Part shown: positions 24,906 to 36,800 of the stretch, one piece after another
Layout of the letters: every line of letters begins with the position of its first letter
How positions within the stretch are numbered: the stretch's first letter is position 1
Source: Callorhinchus milii
Lineage: Eukaryota
NCBI RefSeq assembly: GCF_018977255.1
Contig: NW_024704742.1
Span: 52,888,001 to 52,952,000, forward strand
DNA: 64,000 bases
Reading direction: 5' to 3'
The notes under the pieces: model-generated
Told to the model about the DNA's origin: nothing
What the model saw: only the letters and a program-made list of their open reading frames with translations
Databases searched by the model: none
Translations under genes and position numbers: made by a program

Positions 24906-27775
24906 ACAACAACAACAACAAGATTACATTTGTATAGTGCCTTTCACATCAGGAGGACATCCTAAGGCGCTGGACAGTGTACAGCATTTCAGACCCGAGC
25001 TGAGGTCTGGTGGGGGGAGAAGGGAAGGAGGGGAAGGGGGGTGGCTGATGGCATGGTTAAATAGGAGGGTCTTGAGGTGGGACTTGAAGGAGGCTAAGGA
25101 GGGGGTGAGGTAGAGTGATTGGGGGATGGAATTCCAGAGGTTGGGGCCAGAGTGGCTGAAGGCTCTCCCACCAATGGTGGGGCGGGTGGGTCAGGGGACA
25201 TGGAGCAGGCCAGAGCCGGCTGAGCGGAGGGAGCAGCTTAGTTGATAGGGGGTTAGGAGGTCGCAGAGGTAGGGTCGGGCGAGACCATGGAGAGCTTTGT
25301 AGGTGAGGACCAGGATCTTGACTGGATCCTCTGAAGGATAGGGAGCCAATGGAGTCGGGCGAGAGTGGGGGAGATGGGGTCACGGAGTTTGGTGCGGGAG
25401 AGGACATGGGCAGCAGAGTTCTGGATTATCTGCAGCCTGTGGAGGGAGGAGTTGGGAAGGCCGACAAGCAGGGCGTTTGTATAGTTGAGCCTGGATGTGA
25501 TGAAGGCATGAACAAGAGTTTCAGCGGCCTGAGGGGTGAGATAATGGCGGAGTTGGGCGATGTTACGGAGGTGAGGGAAGGCAGAGCGGGTCATGGCTTG
25601 AATGTGGGGGAGAAAAGACAGTTGAGGGTCAAACAAGACTCCTAGGTTCCTGTCTGGCTTGGTGAATTGTAGTGTGCAACCATAGAGGTTGATGCTGCCA
25701 GAGCCTGGAGTTGAGGGTAGAAGCAGAAAGATAGAGTTGGGTGTCATCCGCATACATATGGAAGTTGACTCCATGTCTGCAGATGATGTCACCAAGGGGG
25801 AGCATGTAGATATTAAAGAGGAGAGGGCCAAGGACAGAGCCGTGGGGGACCCCAGATGTGACACTGCAGGGGCTGGAGGAGAAACCGTTAGAGGCAACGA
25901 GGTGGAGACGGTGAGAGAGATAGGAATCGAACCAGGCAAGGACAGGTCCGTGAGGATTGAGTAAAGAGGAAGAGGCCGTGTATGAGGATGGAGTGGTCGA
26001 CAGTGTCGAAGGCGACAGAGTGGTCGAGGAGGACAAGGAGGCAGAGAAAGCCCTGATCACAGATGTTCAGAATGCCATTAGTGATTTTAACCAGGGCTGT
26101 TTCCGTGCTGTGGGCAGAACAGAAGATGGATTGGAGGGGTTCAAAGAGGGAATGGCGAGAGAGAAAGGAGTAGAGCTGGGACACGACGACTCGTTCCAGG
26201 ACCTTGGAGAGGAATGGGAGGTTAGAGATAGGGCAGTAGCTGGAGAGGAGGGATGAGTCCAGGGAAGGTTTTTTCCAGATGGGGTGATAATGGCTGTTTT
26301 TAGGGAGGTGGGAACTGAACCGGTGGACAAGGAGAGGTTGATGACGTCGGACAGGAGAGCGGCCAGTAGTTGGAGCTGGGAGATGAGGAGAGCGGTGGGG
26401 ATGGGATCGAGGGAACAGGTGGTGGGTTTGAGTTTGCGGACAGTCGTAGTGAGGGAGGAGGGAGAGATAGGGTTGAAGGAGTATAGGGGGTATGAGTGGA
26501 GGGTGGGTCATGAGGGAGAGGTGATGTGGGGGTGGCTGTGGACGGGGAAGAGGTGGCTGAAAGTATCCCCTCGATTTTGGATTCAAGGAAGTCCAGCATC
26601 TCCTCACAGTGGGAGTTTGAGGAGAGGATGTGCGAGGCATAGGAAGGTGGACGGAGGAGACGGTTTGCGGTGGAAAAGAGAAGCCTGGGGTTGTCCTTTG
26701 CCTCCAAGATAACCTTGGAGTAGAAGGAGGATTTGGCGGAGGCAAGAGTGCAGTGGTAGGTCTTAGTGTGGTGAAGCCAAATCTGCCGATGGACCGTTAG
26801 TTTGGATTTGGTCCAGGCGCGTTCAGCAGCTCGCACTTGTGCCTTGAGGGAACAAAGATGGCTGGTGTACCGGGAGATTTTCGGGAATATGAGGCAGTTT
26901 GGGAGGTGACGGGGGGCAAGGGAGTCCAGAATGGAGGAGAGGGAGTTGTGGAGAAAAGAGAATGAGAGGGGAGATCGTTCAGTGAAGGCCAGAGGTGTAG
27001 GAGTTCAGATGGCTCCAGGGCAGTGGAGAGGGAGAGGGAAAAAATTTTCCATGGACATATCTGATGGTGGAGGGTTGAGAAAGGGGAAGGGGTATGGAGA
27101 TGTTGAGGGAGATTAAGTGGTGGTCCGAGATGGCTTTATCGATGATGGTGATGTCCAAGATGGTGAGCCCCCAGGTGATCACCAGGTCAAGTGGATGGCC
27201 ACGGTCATGGTGGGGGAGTGGATGTGGAGGGAGAGATTAAGGGAAGAGAGTAGGGAGGAGAAGTCAGCAGAGATAGAGCAGATGGGGGTGAAGTGGAGAT
27301 TGAAGTCGCCTAAGATTAGGAAGCATTCAGAGCAGAGGGAGAGGGAAGATAGGAGGTGGAGATGTCCGAGAGGAAGGTGAGGGAAGGCTTGGGGGGACAG
27401 CAAACAAGGAGGATTTTGAGGGAAAGCCTGGAGGGGTGGTAGAGGGTGAGGTCTTCAAAGGAAGGGAAGGTTCCGGAGGAGTAAAGGGAAAGGCTGAGTG
27501 GGGACCAGGAGATGCGAGCCACACCACTGCCACTGCGATTAGGCCGTGGGGTTTGGTGAAAGGTGTAACCTGGTGTGGCCTCAACTAGTGGGAAGGTGCT
27601 GCCTGGGGTGACCCAGGTTTCCGTGAGGGCGAGGATGTCGATGTTTCCTCAACGGTGAGGTCATGGATTGTGAGGGACTTGTTGGTTAGTGAGCGGACGA
27701 TGCGGAGGGGACAGTTAGTGATGGGAGTGTGGGGGAGATGAGGGGGGGAGGGGCTATTTAGGTTGCTGGCAGATC
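24906..27775 (-). mobile_element. L2 LINE subfamily A, nearly complete but disrupted ORF2 (APE endonuclease + reverse transcriptase), ORF1 absent
   Basis: APE motifs VRSLTNK, LILGDFNLH and ISDHHLI; RT motifs [36 protein letters not shown] and YADDTQLY; C-terminal RLHWLP; (TTG)n tail. Multiple frameshifts and stops. Confidence 0.97.
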
Positions 27776-27999
27776 TATGAAGAATGAGCCCTTCCAATTC
27801 TGTCCATGTTTGCTGGGTTGCTGTGATGCTAATCCCATCGAATGTACCTTGAAACACTGTTTATTTTCAGCCATTTAGAAAAATTCCTAAGTGCTTTGAA
27901 ACATTGTCCTGACGTGAAATTGTATTGGATTGTATTACTGTATTGTTTTGTAAATCATATTGTATTGTATTTACTGGTTTCATTTAATAATAACAATTA

Positions 28000-28434
28000 T
28001 GCTAATCGTTGCACTTGATAAGAGCGCCTTTCATATCAGGAAGACATCTCAAAGTGCTTCACCGGATTTACTGTAAAGAGTAATGACTATGCATTTTGCA
28101 GGTGAACACAGCAGCCAATTTGTACACCGCAATTTCCCACAAACAGCCATGAAGTGAATGACCAATTTTATCTGGAGGGTTGTTGGCCAGGAAACTAGGA
28201 GAAACTCTCTTCTTTTTCGAATGGTGCCACGGTATCTTTAATGTTGATGTGAAAAAGTGGACAAGACCTTGGTTTGACATTTCATCCAAAGGATGACATC
28301 TTAGACAATCTTGCACATTCCTAGCACTGCATTGAAGTGTCAACCTCAAAATCCAAAGTACTAATTTAGGGGCTTGGAACCCTCAACCTTCTGACTCAGA
28401 GGCAAGAGAGTTACCAACTAAGTCAGGCTGAAAC
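28000..28434 (-). mobile_element. Deu-domain SINE, near full length
   Basis: Reverse complement of the 2695 family: head ccttctgactcagagg..aggctga, core ggtttgacatttcatccaaagg. Confidence 0.85.
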
Positions 28435-29845
28435 TTAAACATTTGTTTTTGTCTTTGGTAAACTTCAATATATAATATGCAGTATGAGATTAACATTTAG
28501 ATGATGCCTGTAGACACATTATGATTATTTGCAAAAGGACGCCACGGTCTAAACACAGGAAATTCTTCACTCAGGCATGGAAAACATTTGGTATTTAAGT
28601 GAACTGTTGAAATGTAATATTCACAGGGGATTAAATTTTGAAGGGAGAACACAGGTCGTGAGCTGCATTTGTTAGTTCGATGATTCATGGTATGGAAATT
28701 CATTGTGAAATGTCCTGGTGTAGTAGTTATGACATGAAACAAAAATGACTACTTAATTAAAGCTTTCATATTTTAACTCCAGGTACTTTAGTGAGGGAAT
28801 TAAACAAATTATCCATCTGCATGGCTTGGTAGGAATAGCTTAGATGTATGTATCTGTTTGTAGACGTCACCAGTATATTGGGACGTCCTCCCAACATGAA
28901 AAGTGCTCTATAAATGTAATTTTATTGTTGTATATAATGGAGAGACAGATGACATCATTTAATGAAAAATGGCAATATTAGGTATCCAAAATAAATACGT
29001 TGTTTAATTTTTTTTTATCGGCTTTGAATCCTTTTTACTGACTTTTACCTGTTGGTTGTCCAATTTTCAAATGATCTTTTTTATACTTGCAATCAATTAA
29101 ATTTTGTGAAGCACTTTTGAGACATTTAGATTTGTAAGAATGATGTTATATAAATGCAAGTTATTGTTATTGATTTTCACTTGATAAATGATAGACTTGA
29201 TAATCCATGTGAACGTTTCTAATATTTTGTGATTTTTGTGAATCACCATCTGTGTTTTTTAATGGACTGTGATTGCTACGTTAGTCTTAACATTGTCTGT
29301 GCTGTACATCTCAATGGTTACTCTCCTTTTCACTATCAAAATTTAAAAAATATTTGTATTTTAAAATAAAATGAAAGAAATAATTTATAATAAACATTTA
29401 ACCCAGGTCAAGTGACAATTCCAACCAACATGACTCCATTACCAACAATTAATCAAATGGTAGATTGTAACCTGAGGGTATGTGTTTCTCAAAAGTGATT
29501 TGGGTCTTTTATGCTGCAGCTACATCGAAATACTGAAGTGAAAAATGTAATGTTACCTAGCAGATTTTATGTTTATCAAATACCTGAATTTCAGGCCATT
29601 ATTATCTACTGCTTTCAGAAGTGAATATCCCCCAAATTTGTCACAATGGTTTGAACCGAAGCTTCTCATTTGACAGGATTGTTGTTTCCCTACCTCAGAG
29701 CCAACGTTTGACTATTACTTCACAAATACCGATTAAGTTGCCAAAATCCCGTAAAGCATTTCTGAAATGCCATTCTCTGCAAAGGGAGCAATGAAATCTC
29801 AGGCCCCATGCTTGTGCCAAAGTTGGGGGCACGGGAAGGGGGAAT

Positions 29846-30164
29846 GCGGAGTCCTGTAACTCAGTGGTTAGAGCACTCGCTTTGCAAGTGAGAGACCTGA
29901 GTTCAATTCCAGGCAGGGCGAAACCTTGGGCAAGTTTCCTTACTCCACATGCCTAATAATAATCCCTCCAAAACCCAAAACAATAATAAATTGGTCATTT
30001 TCAATCTACGACTGTCTGTGGGACATTGCTGTGCGCAATTGGCTCCCGCGTTCGCCCACGAATATACAGTCAATTCACTTTACAGTGTGTTCTGTGAAGC
30101 GCTTTGGGATGTCCTCCCAACGTGAAAAGTGTTATATCAAATGCAAGGATTATTATTATTATTA
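29846..30164 (+). mobile_element. Young tRNA-derived SINE, short subfamily, full length
   Basis: Near-identical to 6775-7095. Confidence 0.95.
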
Positions 30165-30714
30165 ATGTGTTCATGCCCAACATCCAAAATCATCAAGTGA
30201 ATCTGGAATTCAGCTGGACAAATATTGGATGCTATAGGCCTAAGGATTGCTACAGAGTAAGAAAATGTAATACCCAATAAGATGTGAGGGTTCTGTGATG
30301 CTGGGTATAGTTAGTGATGTTCTCTGTGGATTTAGATGGTCAAAGTGTAATAGTGAAAATGTTTGGGATAAACATTACGGAGCTTTTGCTCGATTACCAT
30401 TTGTGATTGTGAATTATTTATACAGAACTGTGGCCCAGGAGATAGAGTGGGTGGGTGAACTCCATTGATAAGGTACACTTTGTATCATCAGTGGAAGAAG
30501 AGGGTTTGGTAGGCTGAATGGCTGTTTCTTATTTTATTTCTGATATTCTTGAGTCTTATTATTACTGAGCTTTTTGTAATATTCATTTCACTGACTTCAC
30601 CCTCCAACCCTCAGGAAAAGTGTTTCTTTCAACCCCCAGAAAAAAGTAAAATATGTATCACCACAGTGTTTCCCTGATTTTTCCCTGGATAATTTTTTCC
30701 CCTTAATTTATTCT

Positions 30715-30960
30715 GCTTAACCCTCCTCTCATGAAGAGATTGACTCACACTGGGGCAATATTTTGCATGTGCTGAGTACCTTGACTGCCTTGCCCAAGTA
30801 ACCATTCATCTGTGAAGCCTAAATAATGAACGTATAGTTTAGTTCACTATGATTAGTTTTACAGACAAGCATGAGCCTGCCCTTGGCTCACAACCATATC
30901 TTTCCAGCATGAATAGTGATCAGAAATGTGTACGCAGCCTTATTTGTTTCTTCCTTGTTT
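30715..30960 (-). mobile_element. AmnSINE2-like ancient SINE
   Basis: cctcctctcatgaag..tgactc..ttgcccaagtaaccattc..agccta is the reverse complement of the recalled AmnSINE2 3' half. Confidence 0.55.
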
Positions 30961-31314
30961 TTATCAGTTCCCCTCTCCAAATCCAGACACCTCTAAACTT
31001 TGTTGAGTCAAGAACTGATCACTTTCCTCTGAAAGTTTTAACAGTCAATATTTGCTGGTCTGGGTGGCACTCTGTTACAGGAGTTGATGGATCTGATAAT
31101 CCTAACATTTAGTGAAGCACTTTTCACATCCGGAGATGTGCCTCAAAGCACTTCACGGGATTTACTGTAAAGTGTAGTGACTGGGTATATTGTAGGTGAA
31201 CATGGCAACCAATTTGTGCACAGCAGTGTTCCCAAAACAGCCACAAAGTGAATTTTATCTGGGCATTTTTGGCCAGCACCTCCAACAAAGTAGCACACTC
31301 CGGCATTGCATTGG

Positions 31315-32070
31315 AGTGGTTCTCAAACAAATTTTCAGTGTGCGGCTACCAACATTTACTGGTGGTTGCAGTACTAGTTTTTCCTGAAAAAAAACTTGGT
31401 TAATCATATGAAAAATAAAGAAAATATAAACCTATGCACATCTCAGATGGTTTTCATTTATTTCTGGACATTTGACAAACCACATTTGAGAAAACCTTCT
31501 TTTCGCATACTCTTTATTGATATACAGAAGAGATGCAAGAAGTTGGCTGATGAAATCTGCAGAGCAAAAGCCAGTGAAACCATTGAGTCTTGAGGTGACG
31601 AATGCATGTATAAGGGTTTTGGTGGCCTGAGGGGTGAGGCAATGGCGGAGTCGGGCAATGTTGCAGAGGTGGGGAAAGGCAGAGCGGGTCATGGCAGGGA
31701 TATGGGGGAGAAAGGACAGTTGAGGTTCGAACAAGACGCCCAGGTTCCTGACTGGCTTGGTGAGGTGGAGTGTGCAACTGTGGATGCTGATGCTGCCAGC
31801 GCCTGAGGTGCGGAGGCGCTGGTGCGAGCCAATCAGGAGGGCCTCAGTCTTGCTGACATTCACCTGTAGAAAGTTGACTCTCATCCAGGTGCACTTTATT
31901 GATGCTAAAGCTGGCCAATAGCAACTGCACACCTTCACGTGGTGTGGGGGTGTCCGCACAAAATCACAACTGATTTAATAGAATTAGTTTAATGGAATGG
32001 TGAAACAGGCTCGAGGGGCTGAATGGCATACTCATTTTCCTATGAATAGTGATCACATTTGAGAAACACT
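31315..32070. mobile_element. hAT (Charlie-type) non-autonomous element with nested L2 and CR1 pieces
   Basis: Termini agtggttctcaaa and tttgagaaacact, plus subterminal tgtgcgg/ccgcaca. Confidence 0.6.
31588..31905 (-). mobile_element. L2 internal RT fragment
   Basis: WMRVNFLQVNVSKTEALLIG..RNLGVLF..LIHAFVTSRL. Confidence 0.9.
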
Positions 32071-32393
32071 AGACTGCGTGAGCTCAAAGTCCCATCGTGG
32101 GCTTGAACCCACAACTTTCTGACTCAGCGGCAAGCAAGGCTGACACCTTATTATTATATAAGCCTATTTTTACACCTTGTATGTAGTAGCTTAAATTGCA
32201 TACCCATATTTAGACTTGCAATATTTTGAACGTTGATCAGTTATTCCTTCTGCTGCTGCCAGATGTCCACAGACAAAATGTCACGTAATCCTTTTAAAAA
32301 TATACATATTTGTATGTTGTATGGTGATATCTAAATTTAGTATCTAAGAATAGCAAAGAATATGAAGTCTGAAATCTCTTATGTAGATCATTG

Positions 32394-32631
32394 TGTCATG
32401 CCTGCTCAGTTGATAGCACTCTTGCCACTGAGGCATGAAGGTTGTAGGTTTCACATCAGAACTTTAAACAGACACAGTTTAGGTTGACACGCCAATGCTG
32501 GAGAATACTGCATTGTTGGAGGTATTGTCTTTCGAATGAGATGTTATACCAAGATGCTTTCTGCCCGTTGGCATTTTGAGACACCATCCTTACATGAAAG
32601 GAGCTATATCAAATTCAAGGATGATTATTAT
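32394..32631 (+). mobile_element. Deu-domain SINE, internally deleted
   Basis: Head gctcagttgatagcactc; core ggaggtattgtctttcgaatgagatgtta; tail aaggatgattatt. Confidence 0.75.
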
Positions 32632-32633
32632 CT

Positions 32634-32782
32634 GAAATTTTAAGATTGTGCAGAATTTTGGAAAATTCATAAATTCAGTCCTAATTTGGATGTCCACAAT
32701 ACTCAAAGAACTATGGAAAAACAGCTTCCAAATTAAGATTAAATTTAAGAATTTTGCAAAATTTCACACTATCTTAAATTTC
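32634..32782. mobile_element. AT-rich fold-back MITE (imperfect inverted arms of about 57 bp)
   Basis: The reverse complement of 32634-32690 aligns to 32727-32782. A related left arm occurs at about 15765-15805. Confidence 0.7.
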
Positions 32783-33245
32783 GAAATAGTCTTAATGTTA
32801 AGACTGGGGACATCTCAGGCTTCAGAAGAGAATTTCCCCTCCCAAGGAAAATAGCTGATACTTTACTTTCATTATTGTTAACATTTAGTTTCACAATAAT
32901 GAAATTCCCTTAGTAAAATACTCTCACAGTTTAAGTATAAAGTAATGCAGAGAACAAACAAGTCACACCTGAGGTTTGAGGAGGTTGAATGCTGAAGAGC
33001 TGAAATGATCAGTGTAATAAATTGACTCCATGACATTTTCCAGGAAAATGCAAATGTGGCTTTTTGATATGTAACACTGAGAAGCAGCTCCCACAGGGAG
33101 GCTTGATGAAATGCAGATTATCCTGGGTTATTAGGTTTGCATTATGCAGTAAATTCTTTTGCTGGTGATGTTGCACAATAAAAGTGTTGGTTATAGACAC
33201 AGCTGGTTTCCACATTACAGTATTTCCACTTATACACACAAATAC

Positions 33246-34870
33246 TTTTTTTTTGGCCAACCAGGTGTCGGACACATGCTGAAATCCATTGCCATGCTTA
33301 AGAGACGCAAACCAACCTGAGAATTCCATGTAGCCCAACTATACATTATTATGGATTATTATTATACATGTAAATTGTCATGTATTGGATTGAAATGCGC
33401 ACTCTTTCACTCGAGGGATGCATCCTGTTTTCCTAATTCCAGGTAGTATTGGGCGCAGGCTGACAAGAGCCAAGCCTTGGGGACTCCAGAGTGTATATTA
33501 GGATATGGCTGGGGTCTAACTGTTTAAAACCACCATTGAAAGCACTGTCTGGCAAGCTTTTCCATGGGTGTCCAGCTAGGACCATGCTTCCTGTTAGGAC
33601 TTTTGCTTGCAGGGTTAATGGGAATTGAGTGGGAAGAATTCTTTCCCCCACATTCAGCTGCAGGAAGTGCCCCCGGTGACTGGTCTGCTCCTCCAAGTCC
33701 TATTGATAAGCCAGGCTGGCTTGCCTGTCATCAGCAGTGCCCTGGAGTACTGTGGATCTGCTTCGCTCAGGATAAACTTCCACATGTATGCAGGTGACAC
33801 ACAAATTTACTTTGCCTCCTCCTGTACCAACCAACGATGTTCTATCAGCTTGTCTGGCAGACATCAATGCCTGGATGAGTGTAAACTTCCTACAGCTGAC
33901 TGTGGACAAGACGGAAGCCATATTCCTTGGCTCATGTCAACGTCTTCACTTCTGTGGATCTGAACTCTCCTTGGCTCTCACTCAGACTCACCGAACCAGT
34001 GCAGAACCTCAGCGTCCAGTTCAACCCCCAACTGTCCTTCCTCCCCTACATCTGGTCCCTGACCAGGACCACCTTCTTCCACCTCTGCCACATTGCCCAC
34101 CTCCAACCGTACCTTACCCCAAATGTTGATGAAACTCTCGTGCCTGCATTTGTCACATTCCACTTGGATTACTCCAACGCACTCCTCGCTGGTCTCCCCA
34201 GCTCCACTATTCAAAAGATCCAGCTCATTCAGAACTCTGCTGCCCACATACTGACCCGGACCAAACTCCGTACCCACATCTCACCAGTTCTGGCCAAGCT
34301 CCACTGGCTCCCCATCACCGAACGGATCGATTTCAAGATTCTCACTCTCATGTTCAAATCCATTCACTCTCAGGCACCTCCCTACCTCTCCGACCTCCTC
34401 ACTGCCCAATCCACCACCCGGCACCTCCGCTCAACTGGCACTGGCCTCCTGCTCGTCTCTCACACCCTCCGCCCCACCATCGGAGGTTGTGCTTTCAACC
34501 ACTGTGCCCCAAAACTCTGGAACACTCTCTCTCAATCCCTCTGCCTTGTCCCCTCCCCTTTTTCAAGTCCCACCTGAAAACCTTCCTCTTCGACCGTGCT
34601 TACGACCACCTCCTCCCCCCCAGCTCGGAGTCAGGTTCCGCCATTGTTAAGCGCTCTGAGACGCTACCCTGCATGGAGGGTGCTATATAAGTGAAAGTTG
34701 TTACCGTGGTTGTTCAGGAATCATATCTACCAAGACTGCCACAGAGGCTTGACTTGATTCTAACATTCTGTTGTCAAGCATGTCACCTTAGAGCAACTTC
34801 AGCTCCAAGGAGGCCCTGCTCACCTCCCGCCCAATGAGGATAGTCACTAATTGGTCATTTGACATCAGGT
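33246..34870 (-). mobile_element. Unclassified poly(A)-tailed retroposon, copy 4, split by L2
   Basis: T9 followed by ggccaaccaggtgtcggacacatgc..; collinear with 61398-62000 on both sides of the L2. Confidence 0.75.
33770..34713 (+). mobile_element. L2 subfamily B 3' portion
   Basis: NFHMYAGDTQIY, WMSVNFLQL, LHWLPITERIDFKIL; tail ctctgagacgctaccctgcatggaggg. Confidence 0.95.
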
Positions 34871-35389
34871 GGGTGGTGGGTGTTCTACCCCTTCAATGCA
34901 TATTCCGAAGATGCAACATCTCTCGGCTCAATTTCCAATGGCCTGAGCCTTAAGTAACATTCTGTGAGCTTCCTGGTGGGCTCACATGTACTCATAAACA
35001 TATACATAAGCAAAGACACACTCATGCATACACATACATGCACACATATACTCCCATATATACACATACGTACACATATCCAGCCCCACATGCACATTTT
35101 TTCCTATATTCCTGTCACCTCTTTTCGGTTTCTCTAATAACACAACCTTTCAAGTTGAAGGGGAGTCAGACAATCTGCTCCCAGCCTCTCTAACCTGCAA
35201 GCAATAATGACCCTGGATGACCCTCCTGTTGATCTGACTTCTCTCTCTGTGCCGAAAATCTGAGTAAAAAAAGCGAAAGCTTACAGAGCAGGGTTCATTC
35301 ATTAATATTAAAAACAATGTGTATGGCATTGAACATGATCTCAAAGTACAGATGAAATTTTAGAAGAAATGATTGTGCTATAATTATTT

Positions 35390-35622
35390 CTGGTTAGCAG
35401 TAGGGGAGCTGGCCTTTACACCTCCTGGGCTAGTCAGGGCAAAAATAATTCAGGGTTTGTACTCTCGGTTGCTATCCAGGGACCTTTGCTGAAAAGTGAA
35501 CAAGTGTAGATGTTTGGGCGAGCACTCGATAAGGCTTGAATATTCTACCCCCTTCATTACATATCCTGAAGATGCAAACTCTCTCGGCTCAATTTCCAAT
35601 GGCCTGAGCTTTAAGTTACATT
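35390..35622 (+). mobile_element. AmnSINE2-like ancient SINE
   Basis: cctgggctagtcagggcaaaaat..ttgctatccagggacctttgctgaaaagtg matches the recalled AmnSINE2 core. Confidence 0.6.
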
Positions 35623-36429
35623 TTTAACTGATGAATATGTATATGTAATGATTGGAATTTTGTTTTACCCAGTTTCACATCACGTCACTTTGCGACTGTG
35701 GTTTTTGAAACCAGTTAAATCTTGACATGGGGCTATAGTGGGAACACATTGCTTGCTTTTGGAGATGTAGTGTTCTTCATTTAATGCTGACACCTCCTCA
35801 AGGTGATCAGTGGCCCCTCTTTTAATGCGTGTCGAATCCACAAAAAGCCTACAATAAAGAGAGTGCTCCAAGTCCAGATTTAATGAAAGCTGCTTTCAAA
35901 ATAACAAAATATCTGAGAGGGAGATTCAGGCAAAGGTCAAGTCAATTTTTTTAGTATGAAAAGCTGCAAATGCGCATGACTGAATTTTTTTTAAAAATTT
36001 GCAAATTCCTTTTATAATAATCCTTGCATTTGATATAGCGCTTTATCACATCTTCGAGACTTCTCAAAGTGCTTCACAGAATATACTGTAAAATATATTC
36101 AACAACAACAATTACATTTTATATCTTATAAGTGATATTTGCAACAGAGTAAAAATATATCATGATATCAACAACCTGATTGGAGAAAATTTTATTCATA
36201 AAATATTCTAATTTGTTTTGGTTGTCTGACACATGCAGAAACCCATCACCGTGCTTAAGAGTATTCAAATCAAACTGTATTCTAATCCCATTTTGAAGAA
36301 ATAGGAAAAATGCTTTAAGGGACTTTTCCCAACACATTATAGCATCGGAAGAGATTATCAGCCCAAACCATTCCTCGCTCTGTAAATGAAACCTACAGCA
36401 ACTGCTTTGTTAATATGAACAGAGGCTAT

Positions 36430-36535
36430 GAACAAAAATGCTAAATCTAAAATAAAACAGCAAATGCTGGAAATTTGCTGTTTTCTCTCAGTATAAAAGT
36501 AGATCAACATTTCAGGTGTGACTCTTCATCAAAAC
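36430..36535 (-). mobile_element. Penelope-like element terminal fragment
   Basis: aaatctaaaataaaacagcaaatgctggaaa..caacatttcagg is the reverse complement of the 39828 motif. Confidence 0.5.
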
Positions 36536-36559
36536 GCATTGTCCAGTTTATTTTGAGGG

Positions 36560-36800
36560 TGATTGCACACAGTAGTGTCCCACAAACAGTCATGGATTGA
36601 GTGACCAATTTATTATTATTTTTTAAAGAAATTATTACCCCGGAAAAGTGATCCACCAATCGACTAACAACTTGGTTCCTACCTAGTGCTAGGTAAACAG
36701 AGGGATATGAAGTGAGAAAACTTGCCCAACATTGCCAGGAATCAAACTCAGGTCTCTAGCTTGCGAGGCGAGGGGTCTAACCACTGAGCTACAAGACTCC
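36560..36800 (-). mobile_element. tRNA-derived SINE, long subfamily, 5' part
   Basis: Ends ccactgagctacaagactcc (reverse complement of the head). Confidence 0.88.

Larger units (their letters stand above)
31110..32147 (-). mobile_element. Deu-domain SINE split by a hAT MITE
   Basis: The 3' part ends gcattggagtg (31318); the head resumes tagact..cttgaacccacaactttctgactcag..ggctgacac (32070-32147). Confidence 0.75.

Noticed and set aside
25888..26836. Long proline-rich ORFs (285 aa, 178 aa; also 14738-15508 and 56483-57211)
   Set aside because: These are off-frame or frameshift-fused readings of C-rich L2 sequence, not host genes.
24906..27775. Retron, group II intron or DGR-like RT system
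   Set aside because: The APE+RT layout, RLHWLP C-terminus and (TTG)n tail identify an ordinary L2 LINE, and it is disrupted.
34990..35095. Cys/Val/Met-rich ORF 34885-35097
   Set aside because: Translation of a degenerate (CA/TA)n microsatellite.
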